A stretch of DNA of 64,000 nt from Eledone cirrhosa (lineage: Eukaryota), in NCBI GenBank assembly GCA_964016885.1, contig OZ024743.1, positions 111,476,001 through 111,540,000 on the forward strand. Direction: 5' to 3'. This document shows positions 41,677 through 57,256 of this stretch, piece after piece. The notes below the pieces were generated by a model, which was not told the origin of the DNA, did not search any database, and saw only the letters and a program-made list of their open reading frames with translations. Made by a program: the position numbers and the translations under genes. The first letter of the stretch is position 1. Each line of letters starts with the position of its first letter.

Positions 41677-42085
41677 GAGGGGTCTCAAACTCAAGGACAC
41701 AAAGGGGCTATAACGTCCTGGAGGAGAGGCACAGTGGGCGAAACCTGGTGGTGGGTGAAAATGTTCACCAGTTATAATCATTTATACTATAGGAACAAGG
41801 CATGGAATTTGGGGGTTGGGGTTCTGTCGATTGCATCGATCCGAGTACACAATTGGTACTTAATTCATCGACCCCAAAAGGGTATAAGGTAAAGTTGAGA
41901 TCGGTGGCGTTTGAACTAAGAACGTAAACACGGAAGAAGTATCGTTTAGCATTTCGCCAGATGTGCTAACGATTCCACCAGCTCGCCGCATTATTTTTTT
42001 TACCAGTTATATTGCGATATGAAATATTGGTTTGGACCACGGGCCACAGATAAGTAGGTAGCGGGCCGCATGTGTGAGCCCCCTG
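41677..42085. mobile_element. old hAT/Charlie-like MITE with a nested SINE
   Basis: TIR-like AGGGGTCTCAAAC ... GTGTGAGCCCCCTG, subterminal GGGCCGCA; decayed 8-bp TSD GTGTAGAA/TTGGAGAT (5/8). Confidence 0.5.
41785..41990 (-). mobile_element. tRNA-derived SINE
   Basis: CTAACGATTCCACCAGCTCGCC 5' end, TTTGAACTAAGAAC, TCGACCCC, GGTACTTAA. Confidence 0.85.
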
Positions 42086-42189
42086 TTGGAGATAAATAGA
42101 TAGATAGATAGAAGTGTACCAAACACACACACATTTCTTACTCTCTATGTCCCTCCCTCTTTCTCGCTTCATTTATATATATATATATA

Positions 42190-44504
42190 AGTAAGATGTA
42201 TGGTAGGTCGTATGTGAATCGCGATGATCACGTCTGACCTACCAAATATGTGACGGTAGCTAGTTAAGCTCTATGCGTATACGCAGAGCAGAAATATTAG
42301 TGAAAAAGAACAAAGGAACTATTATGACATTATAACAAGTTTATTGCCGACAGCCGTTTCGTCCGACTACATGGTGGGACTTATCAAGGCATATAACATG
42401 TGATTGTAAGATCATTATTTACATCAACGTATCACTCAAGGCTAGCAGTTTGAAATTGTGGTATACATCAGCAACTCCGCTTGTATAGTTGGGGTCTATA
42501 TTCTAAGGGCGCTCTTTTATATTAGTTGTCGGGGTCAGGGATTGAAGTTTAAAAATTAGATAATATATAATTTACGCATTAACAGTAATCTAAAAGACTT
42601 GGCGTCCCGTAGAAGCACCTTAGAAAATCCCTCAATAAGTGCATAAAGCTTACAGGCTCCAATAAACCTACTAGACTAGAAGAAATTAGGAGGCTAATAA
42701 AATAAAAAATAAAAATATAAGGTTTCCCTATAAAATATATAAAGTTTCCTATGAAATTCCTTCTAGAGAGAAAAAAAAAAAAAAATTTTTCCGAAAGAAA
42801 AAAACCTTCTTCCCCTGAGATCACGTTTACTAATTTCAGAAAACTTACGAAGTTTTGATATTTCCTACTAAGTTGAAAGAAACTAATAAATTAAAGGTTA
42901 ATTCAGAGAGTCTTCTATAATTCTCTCAGAAAAGGCCCCTTTAATATTTTTAATAGGAACTTCTTCCGAGAGACCCTTCGAAGAATTAAAATTTTAGAGA
43001 ACCTTTAAGGATATATATAAAAGCGAATTGAGGAAAATTATACATTAAAAGTTAAAAATTACGGTATTTGGGATATCCGAGGAATTTTCAAAGGGCTGCT
43101 TCAACAGATACAACTTAGGCATAATAGATACAATAATTTAAGTAATTCAAGTAATTTAATTAGGGAGCAATTCAAGGAGTTTATCAAGTTGGGCAAGATT
43201 AAAGAAAGTGGTAAATAAGAAAATACATAAGCAAAAAGACAATAATTATAAAATGTATTTTTAAGAAGGTATAGGGTAGCTTCAGTAATCTAACAATGTA
43301 TTATCACAAAAAATTATTATAAAATTATTGATGCAGGATTAACAAAGACATAATAATATATATTCCTGCCTAGTTAAGGTATAAGGTAGCTTCAGTAATC
43401 TAACAATGTATTATCACAAAAAATTATTATAAAATTATTGATACAGGATTAAAAATTATTACAAAATTATCATAAAATTACCACAAAATTATTACAAAAT
43501 TATACCATTATCACAAAATTATCACAAAATTATTACAAAATTATCATAAAATTATTACAAAATAATCAGAAAATTATTGGCACAGGATTAACAAAGACAT
43601 AATAATATATATTCCTGCCTAATTAACAAGTAATCAAAACACTATTAACAGTCAGGCAAAATTAGCTCAGGGATATCCCGCGCTCGGATACTTTACACAC
43701 ACACAGCAACACATAGGATTAGCACAGACACAATGGTATATTCCTGCCTAATTAACAAACAATCGATTAACAATTGATGGTCAAGAAAATGTACTCAGGG
43801 ATATCCCGCGCACAGATATTTACATACATACAACAGGATGAACAGCACTGGTGACCGTGAGGGCGCGATATCCATTATGCGTATGTAGTCATCTGCATAG
43901 CTCCAGGCACGATATCCATTATGCGTATGCAGTCATCTGCATAGCTCCAGGCACAGCTGGTCTTGTTTAAAAGTTCATGGATCAACTGGGATTCAGTATT
44001 ATCTGCGTGGACTCTCTGGGAGATGTACCTGTGGATCTAATAGCTAGTGGTTGCTGGATGTGGTCCGTTCGATCTTTTAGTTTCAGGGGTTGTACGCTTT
44101 CGCGATAGACCAGCCTGCCGGTTCTAATTCCAAGGTCTCGCTACGTAGGATGTATTGGTCTACATGCTATATTGTTAAAAAACCAGTGTGGATTTGACTG
44201 GGGTGGTATATTACGAACTCCAAGCCCACACGCGACTCGTCAAAAGCAAAGGGCTGTCCCCTCTTTGTTTGCTGTATGGGTCGGTCCCAGCTTAGATGGT
44301 GGTCGTGTTATCCATATTCCGTCAGCCCTGTATATTCAAGACAGATCAGGGTATATATTTGCGGGTATGGTCCTGTGTCTACGTTATCCAGAGGGTCTCG
44401 CTTGTGGTATTTTCAAGTTCGCATGTCATCTCCCGGTTAAGACAGCGCATGCTTCGGTGAATCTCATGCATGGAATCTTAGGGTATCGTATTACACGGGG
44501 TGAC

Positions 44505-44505
<1 letters not shown>
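42190..44505 (-). mobile_element. decayed PLE 3' portion: GIY-YIG-like remnant, repetitive 3' UTR, hammerhead
   Basis: IYTLIC..LEYTGLT at ~44320-44360; internal direct repeats 43270-43830 and a 44-bp duplication at 43866-43953; HHR at 42345; hairpins 42201-42290; TA flanks. Confidence 0.6.
42345..42391 (-). ncRNA. minimal hammerhead, U3-A8 core variant
   Basis: TGCC-TTGATAA-GTCC/12-nt loop/GGAC-GAAA-CGGCTG-TC-GGCA; all three stems intact. Confidence 0.85.
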
Positions 44506-44589
<84 letters not shown>

Positions 44590-44692
44590 AGCGTTGTTAT
44601 TTGGCGTTGTTGAACAGAGCTGTGACCTTTGACCTGGCAAGATATATCTGTAGAAAAAATTATTTCTGTACCAAAGCACACACACACAAGTT

Positions 44693-44747
<55 letters not shown>

Positions 44748-44989
44748 ATGTGTTTGTGTGTGTGCACGCGCGTGCGTGTGTGTGTCTATCTATGTTTATA
44801 TATAAGGGATAAAAATATTGCTTTCTCCGTCACCAAGCTTCTCAATTCATTCCTTACTACTTATTTTGCTACGAGGTATATTATTTTGCAAGTTACTATT
44901 TTTCCCCTGACTTTGTGATTTCAGAGAAAGGTAAGAAGTTCTTCATATTTTGCATCTTTTGTATTTTGACTCTGCAATTTCAATTGTCT

Positions 44990-45312
44990 ATCCACTCAAA
45001 ATATTACAACAGCTAACAGTGAAATATAGAATTTAAAAATAAAAAAAAGCTTTTTCGACTGGGATCAAATGTTTTTTTTTTATTTCCAAAATATATAATT
45101 TGAAATAGCTTGCTTTTGTTTTGGACTGAAACTTTTTTGTATTTAATTCATACGAGTATTTTTTAAAGAATCTAAGATAACTTGATTTGGCCCAGTAATC
45201 TAGTGATATCAAAATCAGTAGTATATTGAAAAATTGAAAAATAAGGTAGGGGCGTTTCGTGATTTCGAGGGGAAAAAGGGGGCGTTTGGCCAAAATGGGT
45301 TGAGAACCTTTG
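44990..45312. mobile_element. hAT-like DNA transposon end fragment
   Basis: Subterminal GGGGCGTTT repeats followed by GGGTTGAGAACCTTTG, resembling Charlie termini. Confidence 0.4.
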
Positions 45313-45339
45313 CTTTAAGGCATTCTAATTGTTAATCTG

Positions 45340-46465
<1,126 letters not shown>

Positions 46466-46554
46466 GTAAACCTGGTTGAAATGTGAGCAAGGAAGGAATT
46501 TCGCACAGGTCTAACGGGAGGAAGAAGGGGTCTGGTCTATATATATATATACTG

Positions 46555-46659
<105 letters not shown>

Positions 46660-46674
46660 TATAATATATATATA

Positions 46675-47461
46675 TACATAAATTGGTATAATTTCACCCA
46701 AATTGTAGGAATCCTATAATGAAACGAGACGTCCGTCTGGGAAGAGATATATTCGATATGTCACATATGAAATAATACAGCCAATTTTCCACGCAATACT
46801 ATTAGTTAGCACCCCGAACGCATAATTGGGAATATAATCACTTATTTCCTAATGTTTGTTGAGTGAGTTGGAATTTAGCCGCAGTATCGCTAAAAAGCTT
46901 TCTCCGATATTGTATTTATTTATTTACTCTTTGCGCAGAAGAATAGAATTTCCCGGTTATAAGGTTAGTATTTCTTTGTTTATTTTTTATATATCAATAT
47001 TGTTTGTTCCTTATATCTCATTCTGTTATTTTGCCCGAGAAAATATATGTGAGTGTCATCAAGTGTTGTACACACAGATATTTTTTCAATTTCCAATTGA
47101 GTTCTTAGCACGTGGCCTGAATTCCTTTCAGAGTTCATTGTCATGCGCATGTATTGTTTTTTTTTACGGTAATTTACTTCCTCATTTTTGAAATAGTTTG
47201 AGCACTTCTTTAGAACTGCTGGACTGGCAACCTGACAGATACCTCAGGCACAGATGATGATTATCGCTAAATACTGATGTCGGTTAGATTATCAATATTA
47301 GTATTATTGGGGCACCCACTGATGAATTATAGGAGCCCACTTGAATATATATCTATTGATAGTATACAAGCTCCTACATAAATTGGTATAATTTCACCCA
47401 AATTGTAGGAATCCTATAATGAAACGGGACGTCCGCCGGGGAAGAGATATATTCAATATGT
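46675..47461 (+). mobile_element. non-coding element with 87-bp direct terminal repeats overlapping a hammerhead (retrozyme/pLTR-like)
   Basis: 46675-46761 repeats at 47375-47461 (period 700); full HHR 47315-47441. Confidence 0.8.
47315..47441 (+). ncRNA. hammerhead with branched stem II
   Basis: CCCA-CTGATGA-ATTATAGGA[two hairpins]TCCTATAAT-GAAA-CGGGACGTCCG-CC; upstream repeat retains GTC-TGGG. Confidence 0.75.
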
Positions 47462-47506
47462 TAAGATCTCGTTACTGGATATGTCAATATTTATAAAACA
47501 AACTTT

Positions 47507-47569
47507 GTATTTCATCTGATGAGTGCGTACCAGAGTGTTGGTACCCTTGAAATATAATATAATAAATAT
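47507..47569 (+). ncRNA. hammerhead in a short element with complementary flanks (47478-47612)
   Basis: GTATTTCAT-CTGATGA-GTGCGTACCA/TGGTACCCTT-GAAA-TATAATA-TA-ATAAATAT; ATTTATAAAAC/GTTTTATAAAT and TATGTCAAT/ATTGACATA extend the stem. Confidence 0.7.
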
Positions 47570-47609
47570 GGTTTTATAAATATAGTTTCCATTTATTAAT
47601 ATCATTGAC

Positions 47610-48211
<602 letters not shown>

Positions 48212-48254
48212 TATATATATATATATCCTAACTCGTTTGCCTCCTTTCCACATG

Positions 48255-48312
<58 letters not shown>

Positions 48313-49772
48313 TTATGAATTTCATGTTTGCAACTCATTTCGTTTGATGCAGTTATAATAAATAGACGCCTGAAAGCAATACAATTATATTGCCTACCAT
48401 GATACAGTTGAATATGTCCATTGCTTGGTCCGCCCTAACAGAGATAAATAATCTGATAACTGGTTCGGTTTAATTCCTCGGTCATTTAAGTATATCATTC
48501 GATTACATCGATAGCTCAAATTATAAAACAATGAGTAATATACAATTTCACTTGACAGATCTCACATGCTCACTTGCACGCACTACCTCAACATACCTTA
48601 CGTTTACAGTTCGAAATTGATTGTGTATTTAAGTCTATGTGTATGGGTTTTTGTATCTATATGTGTGTGTTTTTTTCTTTCGTATTGACGTACCTATGTT
48701 TATGTTTGTGAGTGTGTTTGTATGCTCGTGTATGTGTTAAAATGCTTGCATATTTCCGCATGTGTATATGTTTGTGTGTTAATGTATCTCTAAGTGTTTA
48801 TGTGTGCCTGTCTATGTGTGTAGTTACGTTTTACCATATGTATTTGCGTTCATCTACTTTGTGCTCGTGTATGCATGTGTCTGTGTGCTTATAAATCTTC
48901 GTGTGAGTGTGTTTGTATATTTTGGTTTGTTTGTTTGTCCTCGTATGTATGCATATCCGTATGTATATGCGTGCGTGATTGGTAGGAAAACTATTACTGA
49001 TAGTTGGTTATATTTCAAACGTTGCCTTTCAGAACTTTACAAATATCACTGTCTCATTGGTAACTTAGAATAAACATAAATCTGTTATACCTATATATAA
49101 GTGTCGTAAGGATGCTTAGAATGTTAATGATACGCAGATGTGTGGATACATCATCTATGAATTTATGCTGATCTATAAACTCGAGACATAGGGTTATATC
49201 TATTCACCCTCACTTGCACATACATAGATATAGTCTTTACAAAGAATCAAAAGATCCTGACAACATCTTTCGACTAAATAAACAGATAAACGGTCATCAT
49301 CTGTTAATTGAATTTAAAAAATAAACTTTGGTGCGTATATTGAAATCCTCACAAAATTTGGATATTTTAAACAGAAAAATATAACTGTTATCGCAATCAA
49401 TTGTTATGAATACAGACCGCTCAAACGGAATTTTAGTTATTCAGAGGCTCTACAAGGGTTTCTTGTAGCAAATTATGTCATACGGTTAACAAAATGAACA
49501 GACATACCTCTATCGACCATACGATTATTTAACTAAATTAAAATTGCTTGGAACGAGTTTAAACGTGGACACAGTGACTAAAACGATTGGAATTCGAAGA
49601 CAGAGACTAGAAAGTTATAAAATTTATTCGGGGAGAGCCTTCCCATTCAGTGTTCAAGGCCACGGTAATAAGTATAGTCTTTTCGTGGAATTAAAATTCT
49701 ATAGTAATTTCCAGCCGACATTCTGTTGTTGTTTTAATGAGTGTATATATATATCTATATCTATATATATAT

Positions 49773-50449
<677 letters not shown>

Positions 50450-50465
50450 TGTATATATATACCTG

Positions 50466-50509
<44 letters not shown>

Positions 50510-50583
50510 TGCTACTGTACGTCTGTATACATATATGTATGTACGTATACATACATACTTATATATATATATATATGTGTATC

Positions 50584-50620
<37 letters not shown>

Positions 50621-50691
50621 ATATATAAATATATATACACACACACACACATATATATATATACATATATATATATATATTTACATAAATG

Positions 50692-50765
<74 letters not shown>

Positions 50766-50785
50766 CATATATATATATACATTTA

Positions 50786-50816
<31 letters not shown>

Positions 50817-50856
50817 GTATATATATATATGTGTGTGTGTGTATATATATTTATAT

Positions 50857-50891
<35 letters not shown>

Positions 50892-50971
50892 GATACATAT
50901 ATATATATATATAAGTATATAAGTATGTATGTATACGTACATACATATATGTATACAGACGTACAGTAGCA

Positions 50972-51048
<77 letters not shown>

Positions 51049-51223
51049 GATGAATATATAATGAAAGTGCTTTTGTTAAAAAAGGAATTTATTAGGTATT
51101 GACATATGTTTTCTGTAACAGACCGAATACCTATGTACCGCTGCTTGCGTAATCATATCATGTTAGCAAGTATTCGATAGCAAATGTATAATCAGTTGCC
51201 ACTTCTTCTGTGTCCAACCAGGA

Positions 51224-51647
51224 ATGTGTCCGTTGAACAATCAGTGTCTTGAACGCAACATCGTATACACATGTACTATCGAATCGGATAGACAGAAGTG
51301 GTACTATGTGGGATCTACAGCCACCTCCTTCAAATCACGCCTTTATAGACATCGTTATTCGATAAAACATGAAAACCAGCTTTATGTAACAACACTCGCA
51401 GACAAGGCTTGGCAGCTGCGTGAAAATAACCAACAATTTCACCTAAAATGGGATATAATAGCGGCTCCCCCCCCCCCCCCCCCCCCCATATACCAATGGA
51501 CAGGAATTTTGTAAATTATGTAATGTAGAATTATTTTGTATTATGAAATCCAAAAACATTTTATTAAATAACAGAATAGAGCGATCGTTATACTGTAACC
51601 ATCGCTTAAAATCTACATTTTCATATTATAAATACTACCAGGATTGA
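51224..51647 (+). pseudogene. PLE GIY-YIG endonuclease domain, frameshift in a poly-C run
   Basis: CPLNNQC..IVYTC..YVGST..FKSRLYRH, then shifted frame CKLCNVE..LLNNRIE..YCNHR. Confidence 0.88.
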
Positions 51648-52129
51648 ACGCCTGTCTCTATCCCCGTTTGATTGTCAAAATAGATATGAACATTCTTTAT
51701 TAGTCTTAATTCTATCAACTCTTCTATTATTTACCTTTTAATACAAACTGCTATAGATAAAATGAGATTAATGAGATTTCTGATTTCTTGATTCAATTCC
51801 CTAGTGCAAATACCAGCTGACTACTAGCATTGATGTTATTTAGTAGCAATCGAAATCTCCCCCTTCCCCAATTGACACTTTATAATTAATACTACTGCAC
51901 CAAATGACCAGCCCTGTCCACTGTCCAGTTGGTCAAGTAGAGATTAAAATTGGCACTCCCAAAATTCTTATTTAGATTTACTCATGGTATTCTCATTAAA
52001 AACCCATTATATACTTGTTTAGCAGTAAATTATTTTACCATCTGTCATATTCTATCCCCTCTGTTCCTTCCTCTTTTACTAATATAAATACTTCAATTTT
52101 TCTGATTTTATCCAGTTTATCCAAAATCT

Positions 52130-52238
52130 CTGAAGAAGTGGCAACTGATTATACATTTGCTATCGAATACTTGCTAACATTATATGATTACACAAGCAGC
52201 GGTACATAGGTATTCGGTCTGTTACAGAAACATATGTC
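52130..52238 (+). ncRNA. hammerhead with ~90-nt stem II domain
   Basis: CTGAAGA-A-GTGGCA...TGTTAC-A-GAAA-CATATG-TC; stem I poorly paired in this copy. Confidence 0.55.
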
Positions 52239-52399
52239 AATACCTAATAAATTCCTTTTTTAACAAAAGCACTTTCATTTTATATTCATCCTTTCTACAT
52301 TTCTCCGGAATATAATTTATACTCGTTGAGCAAACCAGCACGTACGCTGTTCATCTCTAACGTAACGATATATTATCACTACATTATTGATAACCTAAA

Positions 52400-52467
<68 letters not shown>

Positions 52468-52497
52468 CAGGTATATATATACATACTGTACGTCTGT

Positions 52498-53101
<604 letters not shown>

Positions 53102-53810
53102 AATGAAAAAAACCGCAGTTAATGGATGTGAATCCGAAATATATAGGGACAATTAAATCTCTCCCAAGGTAACTCTCTCTCGCGTTGTTATTTTAATTTT
53201 ATCCTTTATACTCCTCCTTCATTCCTCTACACGTCTTATACACGCCACGCATCTCAACGTACACCCACTTACATCTCTCTCTCTCCACCACGGGATCTTG
53301 TTACCCGGAGATTTACCCATTTGCATTGTCGAGGCTTCCAAACGACTTAAAGATATTCACCTATTATTCCACAATGCTTCAAGCAAACTTCAATACTCTC
53401 TTATGTATATATATATTATATATATATATATATATATACATATATTGGTAAAAAAAAAGAAAATGCTGACAATTTGTTTCCAGTGAAAAATAGTTTAATT
53501 AGGAATAAGTGAAAATTAGTAATAGAATTGGTTAGTATTCAGTTTTGGTTTTAAGTTTTACCGGTTGCGCATTTCTAATGCTTTTCAAAAATAATTTTGA
53601 TATAGAGCGCCCGTGATGTTTGCTCTAATCTGATTAGTTTTGGAAATTCTACCTGTTTTAAGTTTAAAAAATGGCTCTAGATGTATGAAAAAATTATTGT
53701 CGTCAAAACAATTTTGATTGGTCGGTAGAGGGCATGTGAATGTTAAAAATTGATTTTGCGCCAAACGTAGGTTTGTCTCGGCTGATTGAGAAGTCACTCA
53801 AAAATAAGTA

Positions 53811-54063
53811 TTTCAAGACAAATATGTGTGTGTGTAGTAGTAGTAAAGAGGTTCGTTGTGGTGATAATGGTCAGCAGGGATATGTGTGGGACCGCAGCCT
53901 GTTGACAGTTCAAATGCCTATTAAGACAAGTGTGTGTGTGTATGTGTGTGTGTGTGTGAGTAGCAGAGTAATTCGTGGTGGAGGGATGGTCAGTAGGAAT
54001 GTGTCTGTATGTGTGTGGGGAATATTGTAACATGACACACACACTCACATATTTGTCTTGAAA
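53811..54063. repeat. small element with short TIRs and an internal ~107-bp tandem repeat
   Basis: TTTCAAGACAAATATGTG ... CACATATTTGTCTTGAAA. Confidence 0.55.
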
Positions 54064-54261
54064 GACTATATATATATATATATATTTATATGTATATATA
54101 TAATGTTTAATATAGAAATGGCTACTACAGAAAGACGTTCATTCAAAAGAACACATCAAACTTTCCTGATGATTTAATTTGAATGGAAGGTTTTGTCGTG
54201 TAGAGGTCATTATTATATTAAACATTCCACCTCCTTAGGTGCAGGATTGGGAGTATCGGTA

Positions 54262-54453
54262 GGTGGATTGGCAGTATCGGTAGAGGGGTCGGACGCCATG
54301 CTTTGACGCATAGAGATACGGTCCTTGCCATTCTGAGATCAAATCCCTCCGAGTTTAACTCTGCCTTTCATCCTTACGGGGTCGATAAAATAAAGTACCA
54401 GTAATGCACTGGTTAATTGCTTGCCTTGTGCCAAAAGTAGAAACAATTATATT
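54262..54453 (+). mobile_element. tRNA-derived SINE, full length
   Basis: GGTGGATTGGCAGTATCGGTAG, GCCTTTCATCCTTACGGGGTCGATAAA, (ATT)n tail. Confidence 0.9.
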
Positions 54454-54545
54454 ATACATAATGTTTAATGTCTACTAATATATTGAGTACCTTACTAACT
54501 TTGGCTACCCTTTTTTGACCCCAACACACATACAGATACACATAC

Positions 54546-54580
<35 letters not shown>

Positions 54581-54598
54581 CGAACACACATATATATG

Positions 54599-54707
<109 letters not shown>

Positions 54708-54709
54708 TA

Positions 54710-55585
54710 CCCTTCTCCCTGACTGCTTCTATGCCCTTATCTCTGACCACCTCTCCGCACACGCAGACACACAACTCTCCACCTGCCTTGACCCCCTCAC
54801 CACTTCCTGTTGCGCGCGCACGCCACATCTCCCCTCTTCCGACCAACCCAACCACGGATTACACATATTGGACATCGATCCCCAAGAATCAACCACATCC
54901 CAAGGATATTACCCAGCATTCCACCACATCCTCTACGGAACTACCTTAAGGACTCAGCCACTGACATACACTGAAAAATAATTTTTTTTTCCCACACGCC
55001 ACCCACATCCACAACACGCATAAACACCACACAAACGTGCGTACCACCATATGTTTACACACTCAGCCTCCGGAATCCTCTCCCCCCACCCCATCCACAC
55101 ACGCACACACGCACACACGCACCGACCTACACCCCACCCCACACACACCTTTCCTGAACATGCAACCAGGTTTTTCCACTACTCTTACTCTCACATACAC
55201 ACACACACGCACACGTACACCTACACACACACACCACCTTCAGCCCTCCCCGCTCGGACACCCCGCCTCCCACTCCCCACTCCACCAGCTACCACCCCTA
55301 CACGCCCCACACCCTTCCACCACCTATTTTATTTCATGTTTATTTTTATTTTTATTATGCTTTTATATTTAATTTCATTTGTACCGTTTCCTCTCACGCC
55401 CTTTTTTCTATATGTCTCTCCACCACTCCCCTACACACCCTTGGAACTCTCTTCCCACACACTTTTCACCTGAAGAAGGGTTTATGCCCGAAACGTCGTT
55501 CCCCACCACCACCCCACTCTCAAGAGCGTGAAACTAATAAACCTTTGTTCGTACTGCCTCTCTGTTTTGTTCCCGTTCAATTTTT

Positions 55586-55590
<5 letters not shown>
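54710..55590 (+). mobile_element. C/A-rich decayed PLE-like 3' end with minimal hammerhead (55468-55499)
   Basis: AC-CTGAAGA-AGGG/TTTATG/CCC-GAAA-CG-TC-GT, then AATAAA and (TA)n. Confidence 0.65.
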
Positions 55591-55668
<78 letters not shown>

Positions 55669-55670
<2 letters not shown>

Positions 55671-55858
55671 ATTGTTTCTACTTTTTTGGCACAAGGCCAG
55701 CAATTAACCAGTGTATTACTGGTACTTTATTTTATCGACCCCATAAGGATGAAAGGCCAAGTTAACCTCGGCGGGATTTGAACTCACAATGGCAAGGGCC
55801 GCAACTCTATGCGTCAAAGCATGGCGCCCGACCCTCTACCGATACTGCCAATCCACCA
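55669..55858 (-). mobile_element. tRNA-derived SINE, full length
   Basis: Reverse complement closely matches 54262-54453. Confidence 0.9.
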
Positions 55859-55859
55859 T

Positions 55860-55985
55860 ATAGTAAATTGTAACGAGGTGTCATAATATCATCATTATAT
55901 TTATTCCGGCTTGACGCGCGTTTCGTGAATGATCAGCTGAAGATACAAGCCATATCGATCGAGCCTCTACTTTGTCTGGAATATA
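55860..55985 (-). mobile_element. second copy of the GAAACGCGCGTC element
   Basis: TATTCCAGA...CTTCAGCTGATCATTCACGAAACGCGCGTCAAGCC. Confidence 0.6.
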
Positions 55986-56486
55986 TACTCCATCAGACTC
56001 ATGGATGCCTTAAGCATAGTACCTTGAGCTGACCAATCACAAAATGTGCAGCTCACCTTAATAGATTTGATGGTGACACTTTCATACGTCGTTCACACTC
56101 ATTATTAATATTAACACTCTGCTTATAAAAGTGAAAGACAATAGTGTAACACCAAATAGGCAACGCCACATACTATAAAGAAACGGACCCGCATATGCAT
56201 ATGGTGCTCAAATATAGTTACGCAAAGTTACAATGCATTAAACTATATATATACAAATATATATATATGTGTAAGTGGGTGTGTGCATGTGTAAGTGAAT
56301 ATAATATAGGTTAAATATATGAAGACACCATGCACACAATTACACAATTACAAGAGTGGATACATTTCTTATTACATGACTATTTTAAAAAATATGCAAA
56401 TATCAATGCAAACGTTATTATTCTCATGTTCGCCTCGCCGTTTGAAGAACACTTTAACGTAAATACTCATTTCCTCAGAATTCTCG

Positions 56487-56519
<33 letters not shown>

Positions 56520-57034
56520 ATATCTGTGCGTATGTTTGCGCGTGAGTGCATGTATCTGTTTGTGTGTCATATGTATGTGTGTGCGTGTTGTACGTATGTT
56601 TACATGCATGTGCATACCTAACTTAAACTCACATGCATACATTTAATATATGTAAAGCAGTGAATTTGGAAATAAAAACTATTAACGGATAGGAAATATT
56701 TCTATAGCATATTCTATCAATATTGAAGAGTAGTATTTCAGCTAGTAGTGAAAAATCACATGTCATATTCATAAAAATTTTCCAAAATAAAATAATCGTA
56801 GATAATTTCGTTGAAGTAGGAAAAAGAAATATCATGAATTCAGGAATTTTACTTGCTCATGCTGAATTTCCTACGACACCACTTGTGGTTTGCAAATATA
56901 TTTTCGTTTATTTTCTCGTCTAAATTTATTGGATGCAAAGACATGACGAAAAACTAGCAGTTGGGCAAACAAACATTTGTTTTTCGTCTCCCACCGTATA
57001 TATTTAAATATAAGTAATTGTATATATTATATTA

Positions 57035-57091
<57 letters not shown>

Positions 57092-57096
<5 letters not shown>

Positions 57097-57256
57097 AAAT
57101 TGTTCAAGACCCCGACGGCAGACCTCAAGCCGTCGAAACGGCTTGAGCTCTACCGTCGGTGTCTTGAACAATTTCCTATTATTACATAGTACCCTATGTA
57201 TTGAGTACTATGATGCGTTATGGTCCACCTGGTTCCTACCACACTTCCTGCGTTAT
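57092..57256 (+). mobile_element. fold-back half-hammerhead element
   Basis: ~42-bp arms around CGAA; GAAACGGCTTGAGCTCTACCGTC; shared 3' tail; 26-bp fragment also at 60281-60306. Confidence 0.8.

Larger units (their letters stand above)
51043..52375 (+). mobile_element. 5'-truncated Naiad-type PLE with inverted pLTR
   Basis: Inverted repeats 51043-51208 and 52132-52296 enclose a GIY-YIG fragment and 3' UTR. Confidence 0.88.

Noticed and set aside
43270-43830. Spaced direct repeats resembling a CRISPR array
   Set aside because: Eukaryotic context, irregular periods, no cas genes; internal repeats of a PLE-like 3' UTR
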